A stretch of 64,000 bases of DNA, taken from NCBI RefSeq assembly GCF_001677475.2, contig NZ_CP015229.1, one strand, 5' to 3'. This document shows, piece by piece, positions 28,876 through 39,571 of the stretch. This stretch comes from Escherichia coli. GTDB lineage: Bacteria; Pseudomonadota; Gammaproteobacteria; Enterobacterales; Enterobacteriaceae. How positions within the stretch are numbered: position 1 is the first letter of the stretch; each line of letters starts with the position of its first letter. The position numbers and the translations under genes are program-made. A model generated the notes under the pieces. That model searched no databases. It worked only from the letters and a program-made list of their open reading frames with translations, and was not told the DNA's origin.

Positions 28876-29283
28876 ATGCGTCTTCTTCATACCATGCTGC
28901 GCGTTGGCGATCTGCAACGCTCCATCGATTTTTATACCAAAGTACTGGGCATGAAACTGCTGCGTACCAGCGAAAACCCGGAATACAAATACTCACTGGC
29001 GTTTGTTGGCTACGGCCCGGAAACCGAAGAAGCGGTGATTGAACTGACCTACAACTGGGGCGTGGATAAATACGAACTCGGCACTGCTTATGGTCACATC
29101 GCGCTTAGCGTTGATAACGCCGCTGAAGCGTGCGAAAAAATCCGTCAAAACGGGGGTAACGTGACCCGTGAAGCGGGTCCGGTAAAAGGCGGTACTACGA
29201 TTATCGCGTTTGTGGAAGATCCGGACGGTTACAAAATTGAGTTAATCGAAGAGAAAGACGCCGGTCGCGGTCTGGGCAACTAA
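28876..29283 (+). CDS. gloA: Glyoxalase I (lactoylglutathione lyase)
   Basis: 135 aa; VOC fold ([14 protein letters not shown]-terminus). Confidence 0.93.
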   Translation: MRLLHTMLRVGDLQRSIDFYTKVLGMKLLRTSENPEYKYSLAFVGYGPETEEAVIELTYNWGVDKYELGTAYGHIALSVDNAAEACEKIRQNGGNVTREAGPVKGGTTIIAFVEDPDGYKIELIEEKDAGRGLGN

Positions 29284-29385
29284 TCTCCTGCCGGGCGTGA
29301 ACTCCTCGCGCCCGCATCTTTACTGCATCGACAAGTAATATTTGTCATAATGCGCGCTGCAATTTATCCGTATTAAGAGAATCAG

Positions 29386-30033
29386 ATGTCCGATAACGCT
29401 CAACTTACCGGTCTGTGCGACCGTTTTCGTGGTTTTTATCCTGTTGTGATCGATGTTGAAACAGCCGGATTTAACGCCAAAACCGATGCGCTGCTTGAGA
29501 TTGCCACCATCACCCTGAAAATGGATGAACAAGGCTGGCTGATGCCGGACACCACATTACATTTCCACGTCGAACCATTTGTCGACGCAAATTTGCAGCC
29601 AGAGGCCCTCGCCTTCAACGGCATTGACCCGAACGATCCCGATCGCGGCGCGGTCAGCGAATACGAGGCGCTACACGAAATTTTTAAAGTTGTGCGTAAA
29701 GGTATTAAAGCGAGCGGTTGTAACCGCGCCATTATGGTGGCGCACAACGCCAATTTCGATCACAGCTTTATGATGGCCGCCGCAGAACGCGCCTCACTGA
29801 AACGTAACCCGTTCCACCCTTTCGCCACTTTTGACACTGCTGCACTGGCCGGGCTGGCACTCGGACAAACCGTATTGTCAAAGGCTTGCCAGACCGCTGG
29901 CATGGACTTCGACAGCACCCAGGCGCACTCCGCGCTGTACGACACCGAACGCACTGCTGTGCTGTTTTGTGAAATCGTCAACCGCTGGAAACGTCTGGGA
30001 GGCTGGCCGCTACCTGCCGCCGAAGAGGTGTAA
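29386..30033 (+). CDS. rnt: Ribonuclease T (DEDDh exonuclease)
   Basis: 215 aa; DVETAG exonuclease motif. Confidence 0.93.
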   Translation: MSDNAQLTGLCDRFRGFYPVVIDVETAGFNAKTDALLEIATITLKMDEQGWLMPDTTLHFHVEPFVDANLQPEALAFNGIDPNDPDRGAVSEYEALHEIFKVVRKGIKASGCNRAIMVAHNANFDHSFMMAAAERASLKRNPFHPFATFDTAALAGLALGQTVLSKACQTAGMDFDSTQAHSALYDTERTAVLFCEIVNRWKRLGGWPLPAAEEV

Positions 30034-30125
30034 TCGAGTCGATGCCTGATGACATGCAATGATTCAGGCATCTATAGTGAGGCTATTCCACGCATCATGC
30101 ATGATATTCACGGGGAATAGCGTTA

Positions 30126-33100
30126 ATGGCAGATAATCCAAACCTTTCATCGCCCCTGCCGGACGTGTTTTCACCGGCAACCCGCGACTGGTTTCTTCGC
30201 GCCTTTAAACAGCCGACCGCTGTCCAGTCGCAAACCTGGCATGTGGCGGCGCGAGGCGAACATGCGCTGGTGATTGCACCGACTGGCTCCGGGAAAACGC
30301 TGGCAGCATTTCTCTACGCCCTCGATCAGCTCTTCCGCGAAGGCGGCGAAGATACCCGCGAGGCGCATAAACGTAAAACCTCACGCATCCTCTATATTTC
30401 ACCGATAAAAGCCCTTGGCACCGACGTTCAGCGCAACTTGCAGATCCCGTTACAGGGGATTGCCGATGAACGGCGGCGGCGCGGCGAAACGGAAGTCAAT
30501 CTTCGCGTGGGGATCCGTACTGGCGATACGCCTGCACAGGAACGCAGCAAACTCACCCGTAATCCGCCGGATATTCTGATCACCACACCCGAATCACTCT
30601 ATCTGATGCTGACCTCCCGCGCGCGCGAAACGCTACGCGGCGTCGAAACGGTAATTATTGATGAAGTCCACGCGGTAGCAGGCAGTAAACGTGGTGCGCA
30701 TCTGGCGTTAAGTCTGGAGCGGCTCGATGCGCTGCTCCACACCTCAGCACAGCGAATTGGCCTTTCTGCCACTGTGCGTTCAGCCAGCGATGTGGCAGCA
30801 TTTCTTGGTGGCGATCGCCCGGTTACGGTAGTCAACCCGCCCGCAATGCGCCATCCGCAGATACGGATTGTCGTACCGGTCGCCAATATGGATGATGTCT
30901 CATCGGTCGCCAGCGGCACCGGCGAAGACAGCCATGCCGGCCGAGAAGGCTCCATCTGGCCATATATTGAAACGGGTATCCTTGATGAAGTGTTGCGCCA
31001 TCGCTCGACCATTGTCTTTACTAATTCGCGGGGGCTGGCGGAAAAACTGACGGCACGATTAAATGAGCTTTACGCCGCACGCTTACAGCGTTCCCCGTCT
31101 ATCGCCGTTGATGCGGCCCATTTCGAGTCGACCTCTGGCGCAACCTCTAACCGTGTACAAAGTAGCGACGTTTTTATTGCCCGCTCACACCACGGCTCCG
31201 TCTCTAAAGAACAACGAGCAATCACCGAACAGGCGCTGAAATCGGGTGAATTACGCTGCGTGGTCGCAACCTCCAGTCTCGAACTGGGGATTGATATGGG
31301 CGCAGTGGATCTGGTGATTCAGGTGGCAACGCCGCTTTCTGTTGCCAGTGGGTTACAACGCATTGGACGTGCCGGACACCAGGTAGGTGGTATCTCCAAA
31401 GGGCTTTTTTTTCCCCGAACCCGGCGTGACTTAGTCGATTCCGCAGTCATTGTAGAGTGTATGTTTGCAGGCAGGCTGGAAAACCTGACACCGCCGCATA
31501 ATCCACTCGACGTCCTTGCGCAGCAAACCGTTGCCGCCGCGGCCATGGATGCATTACAGGTAGACGAATGGTACTCCCGCGTACGCCGTGCCGCACCGTG
31601 GAAAGATCTGCCAAGACGTGTTTTTGACGCCACGCTGGATATGCTTTCCGGGCGCTATCCCTCTGGCGATTTTTCTGCTTTTCGCCCCAAACTGGTCTGG
31701 AACAGGGAGACCGGGATATTGACCGCCCGACCCGGCGCTCAGCTGTTGGCGGTTACCAGCGGTGGCACCATTCCGGATCGTGGCATGTATAGCGTGTTAT
31801 TACCCGAAGGTGAAGAACAGGCCGGTTCGCGGCGGGTGGGTGAACTGGATGAGGAGATGGTATATGAGTCGCGGGTGAACGACATTATCACTCTCGGCGC
31901 TACCTCATGGCGGATCCAGCAAATCACCCGCGATCAGGTGATTGTGACTCCTGCTCCGGGTCGTTCTGCCCGGCTCCCCTTCTGGCGTGGTGAAGGTAAC
32001 GGACGTCCGGCTGAATTAGGCGAGATGATCGGCGATTTTCTTCATTTGCTGGCGGATGGCGCGTTCTTTTCCGGGACTATTCCCCCGTGGCTGGCAGAAG
32101 AAAATACGATCGCCAATATTCAGGGATTGATTGAGGAGCAGCGCAACGCGACGGGCATCGTGCCGGGGAGTCGCCATCTGGTCCTCGAGCGGTGCCGTGA
32201 TGAAATTGGCGACTGGCGTATTATTTTGCACTCTCCCTATGGAAGACGGGTGCATGAACCCTGGGCGCTGGCGATTGCCGGGCGAATACATGCCCTATGG
32301 GGCGCTGACGCGTCTGTGGTCGCCAGTGATGACGGCATTGTTGCGCGCATTCCTGACACTGATGGTAAATTGCCCGACGCCGCGATTTTTTTGTTTGAAC
32401 CAGAAAAGTTGCTGCAAATTGTCCGCGAGGCGGTAGGCAGTTCGGCACTTTTCGCCGCCCGTTTTCGCGAATGCGCCGCGCGGGCATTATTAATGCCGGG
32501 GCGCACGCCGGGCCATCGCACCCCGCTTTGGCAACAACGGCTGCGCGCCAGTCAGTTGCTGGAAATCGCTCAGGGATATCCGGATTTTCCGGTCATTCTC
32601 GAAACCCTACGCGAATGTCTGCAAGATGTTTATGATCTTCCCGCACTGGAACGTTTGATGCGTCGCCTGAACGGTGGCGAAATTCAAATATCCGATGTAA
32701 CGACTACTACGCCCTCGCCTTTCGCCACAAGTTTATTGTTCGGCTATGTCGCGGAATTTATGTACCAGAGCGACGCCCCGCTGGCAGAGCGCCGGGCATC
32801 CGTACTGTCGCTGGACAGCGAGTTACTGCGCAATCTACTCGGACAGGTCGATCCGGGGGAATTACTCGACCCGCAGGTCATTCGCCAGGTGGAAGAAGAG
32901 TTGCAACGACTGGCTCCTGGCAGAAGAGCGAAAGGTGAAGAAGGATTGTTCGACCTGCTGCGCGAACTGGGGCCAATGACCGTTGAAGACCTGGCGCAAC
33001 GGCATACAGGCAGCAGTGAAGAGATTACGTCGTATCTGGAAAATCTTCTTGCAGTAAAACGAATCTTCCCGACGATGATTAGCGGGCAGGAGCGTCTTGC

Positions 33101-33257
33101 CTGTATGGATGATGCCGCCAGGCTGCGCGATGCCCTCGGCGTACGACTACCAGAGTCACTGCCAGAGATTTATTTGCACCGAGTCAGTTACCCGCTTCGC
33201 GACCTCTTTCTGCGCTATCTCCGGGCTCATGCTCTGGTCACGTCTGAACAACTGGCT
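30126..33257 (+). pseudogene. lhr: lhr 5' fragment (codons 1-1044 of ATP-dependent helicase Lhr), truncated by IS insertion
   Basis: Helicase Walker A APTGSGKT and DEVH box present; the reading frame continues 58 codons into the IS before a stop at 33431. Confidence 0.85.
33250..33257. repeat. Target-site duplication AACTGGCT (left copy)
   Basis: Identical 8-mer at 35667-35674; removing the IS plus one copy restores an uninterrupted lhr frame. Confidence 0.8.
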
Positions 33258-33321
33258 ATTAGACGTCAACTAGTTTTGCCGACTCGCGCCAACTATACTG
33301 GCCGCACCCTTCAGGGCGACA

Positions 33322-34077
33322 TCAAGTCGCGCTTGTTACTGCCTTCGCTGTCTTTTTCCTGTAGCTTTCCCCTTTCAGTTCGAACATATATCCGTGATGG
33401 ATCAGCCTGTCTGCCGCAGCCACCGCCATAGTCTCATCCACGAAGATGCTGCCCCACATGCTGAACGGATGGTTACTGGTTATCACCAGGCTCCCACGTT
33501 CATAGCGATGCGCTATTAACTCGAACAGCACACCCGTTTCGGCACTATCGCGTTTGACATAGCCAAGATCATCCACCACTATCACCCGGTAGCGATCCAG
33601 TTTCAGTAGCAGCTCATTCAGTTTCAACTGAGCTCTGGCTTTACGTAGTTCCTGCAACAGCTCTCCTGCGCTGTAGAACCGGGCCCGGTAGCCCTGACCT
33701 ACTACGCCATCCACGATCGCTGCCGCCAGATGGCTTTTCCCCAACCCGCTGGCTCCGAACAGCAGAACGTTTTCTCCTGCATCAACCCAGTCTGTCGTTT
33801 CACAGAGTTGCCGGAACTGAGCTCCATTCAGTTCCGGCACCTGACTGAAGTCGTATTCGCTCAGCGTTTTGGCAACTGGCAACCGGGCCTCCTTTTTATA
33901 ACGACGCAGTTTTTCACTCTCGCGCCACAGGAGTTCTTCATTGCATAGCGTCAGAAGATAGCGCGATGGTGTCCAGCCTTCTGCCAGCGCTCGTTTTTCC
34001 AGAGCGTGCCATTCAGCTCCAACTCGTGTCAGGCGTAGTTTACGCAGGCTATGTTCAAGGTGATGGATATTGCTCAC
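33322..34077 (-). CDS. istB: IS21-family helper ATPase IstB
   Basis: 251 aa; Walker A GASGLGKSHLA and Walker B VIVVDDLGY; overlaps istA by 4 nt. Confidence 0.88.
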   Translation of the reverse strand: MSNIHHLEHSLRKLRLTRVGAEWHALEKRALAEGWTPSRYLLTLCNEELLWRESEKLRRYKKEARLPVAKTLSEYDFSQVPELNGAQFRQLCETTDWVDAGENVLLFGASGLGKSHLAAAIVDGVVGQGYRARFYSAGELLQELRKARAQLKLNELLLKLDRYRVIVVDDLGYVKRDSAETGVLFELIAHRYERGSLVITSNHPFSMWGSIFVDETMAVAAADRLIHHGYMFELKGESYRKKTAKAVTSAT

Positions 34078-35573
34078 TGCGAACCTCCCTTGCCACGCAG
34101 TAGTTGCTCATAACTGCTCAGGTTATGCTGTATCACATTGACTACCGGCAACGCCTTTTCTTTTATACCCAGGAAGCGCATCAGCCGGTGCAGATCCACG
34201 TTTCCCGGGGTATTCAGCATCTGCTCCATACCTTTTGCCACGACTGAGATATCGTCGTATCCTGCAGCCAGTTTCAGGGCATGTACCATCAGCCTTCCTG
34301 CCATATCGGGCTCCAGATGATTACATAAGCGACGCCACAGCCTCCGCCATTCATCGTCCGGCAGGATGTCATTTCTCAGCGTTGCATGGCAGAACGCACC
34401 GGGCTTTTTTGCCAGACTGTCGATCACATGTCGGAAGTCGATACGACGGGCCCGCGTCTTCCCTTTTTCTGGTCTGACGCGAGGGCAGCTCATGACCTCG
34501 CTGCTGCCAACGTAACAGCTCAGACGATCGTCCCATAACCTGACCCGTAACAGTTGACCTACAAGCCGGGAAGGTACGCTGTAGACGACGTGCTTCACAT
34601 TGATGGTACTGCTGCGACTAACCCTCACAGTCAGCTCATCATAGTCAGCACTGCGACGAAGCGGCAGCGGTTTCAGATGAAGACGTTCTTCCTTGACCAG
34701 ATCCTGATTGTTACGGTTGTGCCGCATAACCTGCTGAGTGATGAAGGCCTGATATTCTTCTATGGTGCTGAAGTCGTTACTGCCCCGCAGTATCAGCGCC
34801 TGACAGATACGCCTTTTCAGATGTCCGTGGGCACTTTCAACCGAGCCATTTTCGTGGCCCCGACCGGCATTATTGTGTACGCCCTGCATTCCGTAGTGCT
34901 GACAGAGAGTAGCATAACGCTCAGTCAGCTCGCGGCGTCCATCTTCGCCCTGTTGTTTCCATGCTGCCCTCAGGCTGTCCGTTTTATGTTCTACCGGCAC
35001 TCCGCCCAGTTGTCCGAGGGCTTCCTGCAGGCCTTCAGCCAGAGCAGAGAAGCTCTCACCACCCAGAACAACCCGCATCCAGCTCCAGTGGCTCCATTCC
35101 AGACGGAAGTGATACAACTTATGCGCCAACAACTTACCGGCGATGGTGACAACTACACCTTTCAGTTCAGTAAAGTCCGACAGGCCTCGCAGGCCGGGCT
35201 GATGTTGCTGGCGGAACATGACCTCCTGCTCTGTACCATACTGTAGTTTCCATTCGCGAACCCGCCGTTGCATTGTTCTTCGAAGGCTGTTGGGGTACTG
35301 GCCGGGATATTTATCCTGTAGCATCTCCAGTAGAGTTGTTGGTGTCAGAGCCGGCCTCTCTTTCAACAGAGGAACAAGCATGCTGTCCCACACAGCTTCC
35401 AGAGGATCTTTGCGTGTGCGCCAGTGCCGAACACTGTTTTTTGCCCACTCTCCTTTTTCGATCCGACGACCAGAACGGACTGAGATACCAGCCTTCATGG
35501 CCGAGATATGCTGAGTTATACCTTTCTTACGCTGAGTCATATAGTAACTGACCTGAGAAGTATTGAGCGTCAC
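34074..35573 (-). CDS. istA: IS21-family transposase IstA
   Basis: 499 aa; N-terminal HTH region and central DDE integrase-like domain; gene order istA then istB typical of IS21 family. Confidence 0.85.
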   Translation of the reverse strand: MTLNTSQVSYYMTQRKKGITQHISAMKAGISVRSGRRIEKGEWAKNSVRHWRTRKDPLEAVWDSMLVPLLKERPALTPTTLLEMLQDKYPGQYPNSLRRTMQRRVREWKLQYGTEQEVMFRQQHQPGLRGLSDFTELKGVVVTIAGKLLAHKLYHFRLEWSHWSWMRVVLGGESFSALAEGLQEALGQLGGVPVEHKTDSLRAAWKQQGEDGRRELTERYATLCQHYGMQGVHNNAGRGHENGSVESAHGHLKRRICQALILRGSNDFSTIEEYQAFITQQVMRHNRNNQDLVKEERLHLKPLPLRRSADYDELTVRVSRSSTINVKHVVYSVPSRLVGQLLRVRLWDDRLSCYVGSSEVMSCPRVRPEKGKTRARRIDFRHVIDSLAKKPGAFCHATLRNDILPDDEWRRLWRRLCNHLEPDMAGRLMVHALKLAAGYDDISVVAKGMEQMLNTPGNVDLHRLMRFLGIKEKALPVVNVIQHNLSSYEQLLRGKGGSQ

Positions 35574-35666
35574 GCCATTTCCTGTTGGATCATGTAAATG
35601 ACACTCAGGTTACAAAACCGGCCAGAATAATCGGCGCCAGGCGGACTGAGTTATTGTCGTCTCATA

Positions 35667-35674
35667 AACTGGCT
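35667..35674. repeat. Target-site duplication AACTGGCT (right copy)
   Basis: Identical to 33250-33257. Confidence 0.8.
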
Positions 35675-37159
35675 CATGAGTTTAGTCTCGGTATTGCCAT
35701 TGTCGAAGAGCAACTTCAGCAACTGCGCGAACAAGGGCTGGTGATGAATCTGCAACAAGACATCTGGGTGAGCGATGAAGTATTTCGTCGTCTGCGTTTG
35801 CGCTCGCTGCATGCCGCCAGAGAAGCGACGCGTCCCGTTGCGGCCACGACCTATGCGCGATTGCTGCTGGAACGTCAGGGCGTATTACCCGCCACCGATG
35901 GTAGCCCGGCACTCTTTGCCTCAACATCGCCAGGCGTTTATGAGGGCGTGGATGGCGTGATGCGGGTGATCGAACAGCTTGCTGGCGTTGGTTTACCCGC
36001 CTCACTCTGGGAAAGCCAGATCCTGCCTGCCCGCGTACGCGACTATTCGCCAGAAATGCTCGATGAATTACTGGCAACCGGTGCGGTTATCTGGTCGGGG
36101 CAAAAAAAGCTGGGTGAAGATGACGGTCTGGTGGCACTGCATCTACAGGAATATGCCGCAGAATCGTTCACTCCCGCCGAAGCAGATCAGGCGAATCGTT
36201 CGGCGCTGCAGCAAGCGATAATCGCTGTTCTGGCTGACGGAGGAGCCTGGTTTGCACAACAAATCAGCCAACGGATACGCGATAAAATCGGCGAATCGGT
36301 TGATCCCTCGGCTCTGCAAGAGGCGTTATGGGCGCTGGTCTGGCAAGGCGTCATTACCAGCGACATTTGGGCACCGTTACGCGCCCTCACCCGTAGCAGT
36401 TTCAACGCACGCACCTCAACTCGCCGCAGTCACCGGACTCGTCGTGGGCGTCCTGTCTATGCACAACCCGTCTCGCCGCGGGTATTTTACAACACACCAA
36501 ATCTGGCTGGACGCTGGTCGTTATTGCAGGTGGAGCCACTAAACGATACCGAAAGGATGCTGGCGCTGGCGGAAAATATGCTCGACCGCTACGGCATCAT
36601 CAGTCGTCAGGCGGTGATAGCCGAAAATATCCCTGGTGGGTTTCCATCGATGCAAACGCTTTGTCGAAGTATGGAAGACTCCGGGCGAATTATGCGAGGT
36701 CGTTTTGTAGAAGGTCTGGGTGGCGCGCAATTCGCTGAACGTCTGACTATTGACCGATTGCGCGATCTGGCGACACAAGCCACGCAAACGCGCCACTATA
36801 CACCAGTGGCGCTCTCTGCCAACGATCCGGCTAATGCATGGGGAAATCTTCTGCCCTGGCCTGCACATCCGGCAACGCTGATACCAACGCGTCGGGCGGG
36901 TGCGCTGGTGGTCGTTTCTGGCGGCAAATTGTTACTCTATCTGGCGCAAGGTGGCAAAAAAATGCTGGTCTGGCAGGAAAAAGAGGAATTACTCGCTCCA
37001 GAGATTTTCCACGCGCTGACTACCGCACTGCGTCGCGAACCACGGCTGCGCTTTACGCTAACAGAAGTGAATGACCTACCGGTCCGGCAAACGCCGATGT
37101 TTACGCTGCTGCGTGAGGCGGGATTTTCAAGTTCGCCACAAGGGCTGGATTGGGGATAG
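35675..37159 (+). pseudogene. lhr: lhr 3' fragment (codons 1045-1538)
   Basis: Frame resumes with HEFSLGIAIVEE; the two fragments sum to 1538 codons, the length I recall for intact Lhr. Confidence 0.85.
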
Positions 37160-37209
37160 AGAAAGGACTGACGGATGCCCGTTCGCATCCGTCAGTATTG
37201 CAGGACGGA

Positions 37210-37557
37210 TTATTCAGCGTCCGGCTCTTCAGACTTGTATTTAGCGGCAGTTTCTTTGATCAGCTGCTGCAGTTCGCCACGCTGATACATTTCGATCACG
37301 ATATCACAACCGCCGACCAGCTCGCCGTCAACCCACAGTTGCGGGAAGGTCGGCCAGTTAGCATATTTCGGCAGTTCCGCACGAATGTCCGGATTCTGCA
37401 GGATATCAACATAGGCAAAACGTTCGCCACATGCGGCAAGCGCCTGGACTGCCTGGGCAGAGAAACCGCAGCTCGGCAGTTTCGGTGAACCTTTCATGTA
37501 CAGCAGGATCGGGTTTTCAGCAATCTGGCGTTGGATTTTTTCGATAGTGGTGCTCAT
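37210..37557 (-). CDS. grxD: Monothiol glutaredoxin Grx4
   Basis: 115 aa; CGFS active site. Confidence 0.92.
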   Translation of the reverse strand: MSTTIEKIQRQIAENPILLYMKGSPKLPSCGFSAQAVQALAACGERFAYVDILQNPDIRAELPKYANWPTFPQLWVDGELVGGCDIVIEMYQRGELQQLIKETAAKYKSEEPDAE

Positions 37558-37891
37558 TGTCTTGCTTCCTCAAACTTCTTTACGGCAGTAATCTGACATT
37601 GTAGCGGGTCAGTGCGGCATCGGGAAATAACATTTTCATCACGCTTTTGCTATTTTATCCCTTTGCTCTAATTGTTGCATTTCAAATATTCGTTTCTTCC
37701 CTGACGCAAGGCAAACTGGCGTATTTATGACCATTTTTAGCTTTCACTGCTGCATTTTTTTGCGCTCGCCGACGAAACGTATTTTTTAACAATAAAAGCT
37801 ATTAACTTTCTCTTCTTCTATGCATTAGAATTATCAAGTTTTGTAAATCAGACGCAGGCATGATAGACCTGCCTTAACAGAGGGACGCTCA

Positions 37892-38719
37892 GTGGCGCGG
37901 ATAAACCGTATTTCGATCACGCTCTGTGCTTTACTTTTTACCACCCTGCCTTTAACGCCTATGGCCCATGCTTCAAAGCAAGCCAGGGAGAGTTCTGCTA
38001 CTACTCATATCACCAAAAAAGCAGATAAAAAGAAAAGCACGGCAACCACCAAAAAGACCCAGAAAGCCAGCCAGAAAACAGCGAAAAAAGCCGCCAGTAA
38101 AAGTACGATCAAAAGCAAAACCGCTTCTTCCGTTAAAAAATCTTCCATTACCGCTTCTAAAAACGCCAAAACTCGCAGCAAACACGCCGTCAATAAAACG
38201 GCCTCAGCCAACTTTACCGAAAAGTGTACCAAACGTAAGGGCTATAAATCGCATTGTGTGAAAGTCAAAAATGCCGCGTCAGGAACCCTTGCCGACGCGC
38301 ACAAAGCGAAGGTGCAAAAAGCCACGAAAGTGGCAATGAATAAACTGATGCAGCAAATTGGTAAGCCATATCGTTGGGGCGGCAGCTCACCGCGTACCGG
38401 TTTTGATTGCAGCGGCCTGGTTTATTACGCTTATAAAGATTTGGTGAAAATTCGTATTCCGCGTACGGCGAATGAAATGTATCACCTGCGAGATGCAGCG
38501 CCAATCGAACGTAGTGAACTGAAAAACGGCGACCTGGTCTTTTTCCGTACTCAGGGACGCGGTACAGCCGATCATGTCGGCGTATATGTCGGCAACGGCA
38601 AATTTATTCAGTCACCGCGTACGGGTCAGGAAATTCAAATCACTTCTCTCAGTGAAGACTACTGGCAGCGCCACTATGTTGGCGCTCGCCGGGTAATGAC
38701 CCCAAAAACACTTCGCTAA
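37892..38719 (+). CDS. mepH: NlpC/P60-family peptidoglycan endopeptidase
   Basis: 275-aa ORF from GTG; signal peptide, Lys/Ser/Thr/Ala-rich low-complexity linker, C-terminal NlpC/P60 Cys-His domain (DCSGLV). Confidence 0.85.
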   Translation: MARINRISITLCALLFTTLPLTPMAHASKQARESSATTHITKKADKKKSTATTKKTQKASQKTAKKAASKSTIKSKTASSVKKSSITASKNAKTRSKHAVNKTASANFTEKCTKRKGYKSHCVKVKNAASGTLADAHKAKVQKATKVAMNKLMQQIGKPYRWGGSSPRTGFDCSGLVYYAYKDLVKIRIPRTANEMYHLRDAAPIERSELKNGDLVFFRTQGRGTADHVGVYVGNGKFIQSPRTGQEIQITSLSEDYWQRHYVGARRVMTPKTLR

Positions 38720-38846
38720 AACTTTACCCTGTTGTTACGGCAACAGGGTAAGTTCATCTTTTGTCTCACCTTTTAATTTGCTACCCTATCCATACGCACA
38801 ATAAGGCTATTGTACGTATGCAAATTAATAATAAAGGAGAGTAGCA

Positions 38847-39428
38847 ATGTCATTCGAATTACCTGCACTACCATATGCTAAAGATGCTCTGGCACCGCAC
38901 ATTTCTGCAGAAACCATCGAGTATCACTACGGCAAGCATCATCAGACTTATGTCACTAACCTGAACAACCTGATCAAAGGTACCGCGTTTGAAGGTAAAT
39001 CACTGGAAGAGATTATTCGCAGCTCTGAAGGTGGCGTATTCAACAACGCAGCTCAGGTCTGGAACCATACTTTCTACTGGAACTGCCTGGCACCGAACGC
39101 CGGTGGCGAACCGACTGGAAAAGTCGCTGAAGCTATCGCCGCATCTTTTGGCAGCTTTGCCGATTTCAAAGCTCAGTTTACTGATGCAGCGATCAAAAAC
39201 TTTGGTTCTGGCTGGACCTGGCTGGTGAAAAACAGCGATGGCAAACTGGCTATCGTTTCAACCTCTAACGCGGGTACTCCACTGACCACCGATGCGACTC
39301 CGCTGCTGACCGTTGATGTCTGGGAACACGCTTATTACATCGACTATCGCAATGCACGTCCTGGCTATCTGGAGCACTTCTGGGCTCTGGTGAACTGGGA
39401 GTTCGTAGCGAAAAATCTCGCTGCATAA
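38847..39428 (+). CDS. sodB: Iron superoxide dismutase
   Basis: 193 aa; Fe/Mn SOD signature. Confidence 0.95.
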   Translation: MSFELPALPYAKDALAPHISAETIEYHYGKHHQTYVTNLNNLIKGTAFEGKSLEEIIRSSEGGVFNNAAQVWNHTFYWNCLAPNAGGEPTGKVAEAIAASFGSFADFKAQFTDAAIKNFGSGWTWLVKNSDGKLAIVSTSNAGTPLTTDATPLLTVDVWEHAYYIDYRNARPGYLEHFWALVNWEFVAKNLAA

Positions 39429-39537
39429 TAACTGATGGCAAATGCAACATTGCCTGATGCGCTTTGCTCCATGCCAACACGGATGAGTCGTTAACACCGC
39501 ATCCGGCAAGATAAATCGCACGTTGTCAGCAACTGTA

Positions 39538-39566
39538 ACGCAGAAGGTTATCCTTCTGCGTTTTTG
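39538..39566 (+). terminator. Rho-independent terminator of sodB
   Basis: ACGCAGAAGG-TTAT-CCTTCTGCGT hairpin followed by T5. Confidence 0.7.
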
Positions 39567-39571
39567 TTTAA

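Larger units (their letters stand above)
33258..35666 (-). mobile_element. IS21-family insertion sequence (istA-istB), 2409 bp
   Basis: Two overlapping ORFs (IstA DDE transposase, IstB AAA+ helper); imperfect terminal inverted repeats of about 50 bp; flanked by 8-bp direct repeat. Confidence 0.85.

Noticed and set aside
33258-35666. Cargo or passenger genes (resistance, toxin) carried by the IS
   Set aside because: The element is fully occupied by istA and istB plus about 65-95 bp terminal regions; there is no room for additional genes.
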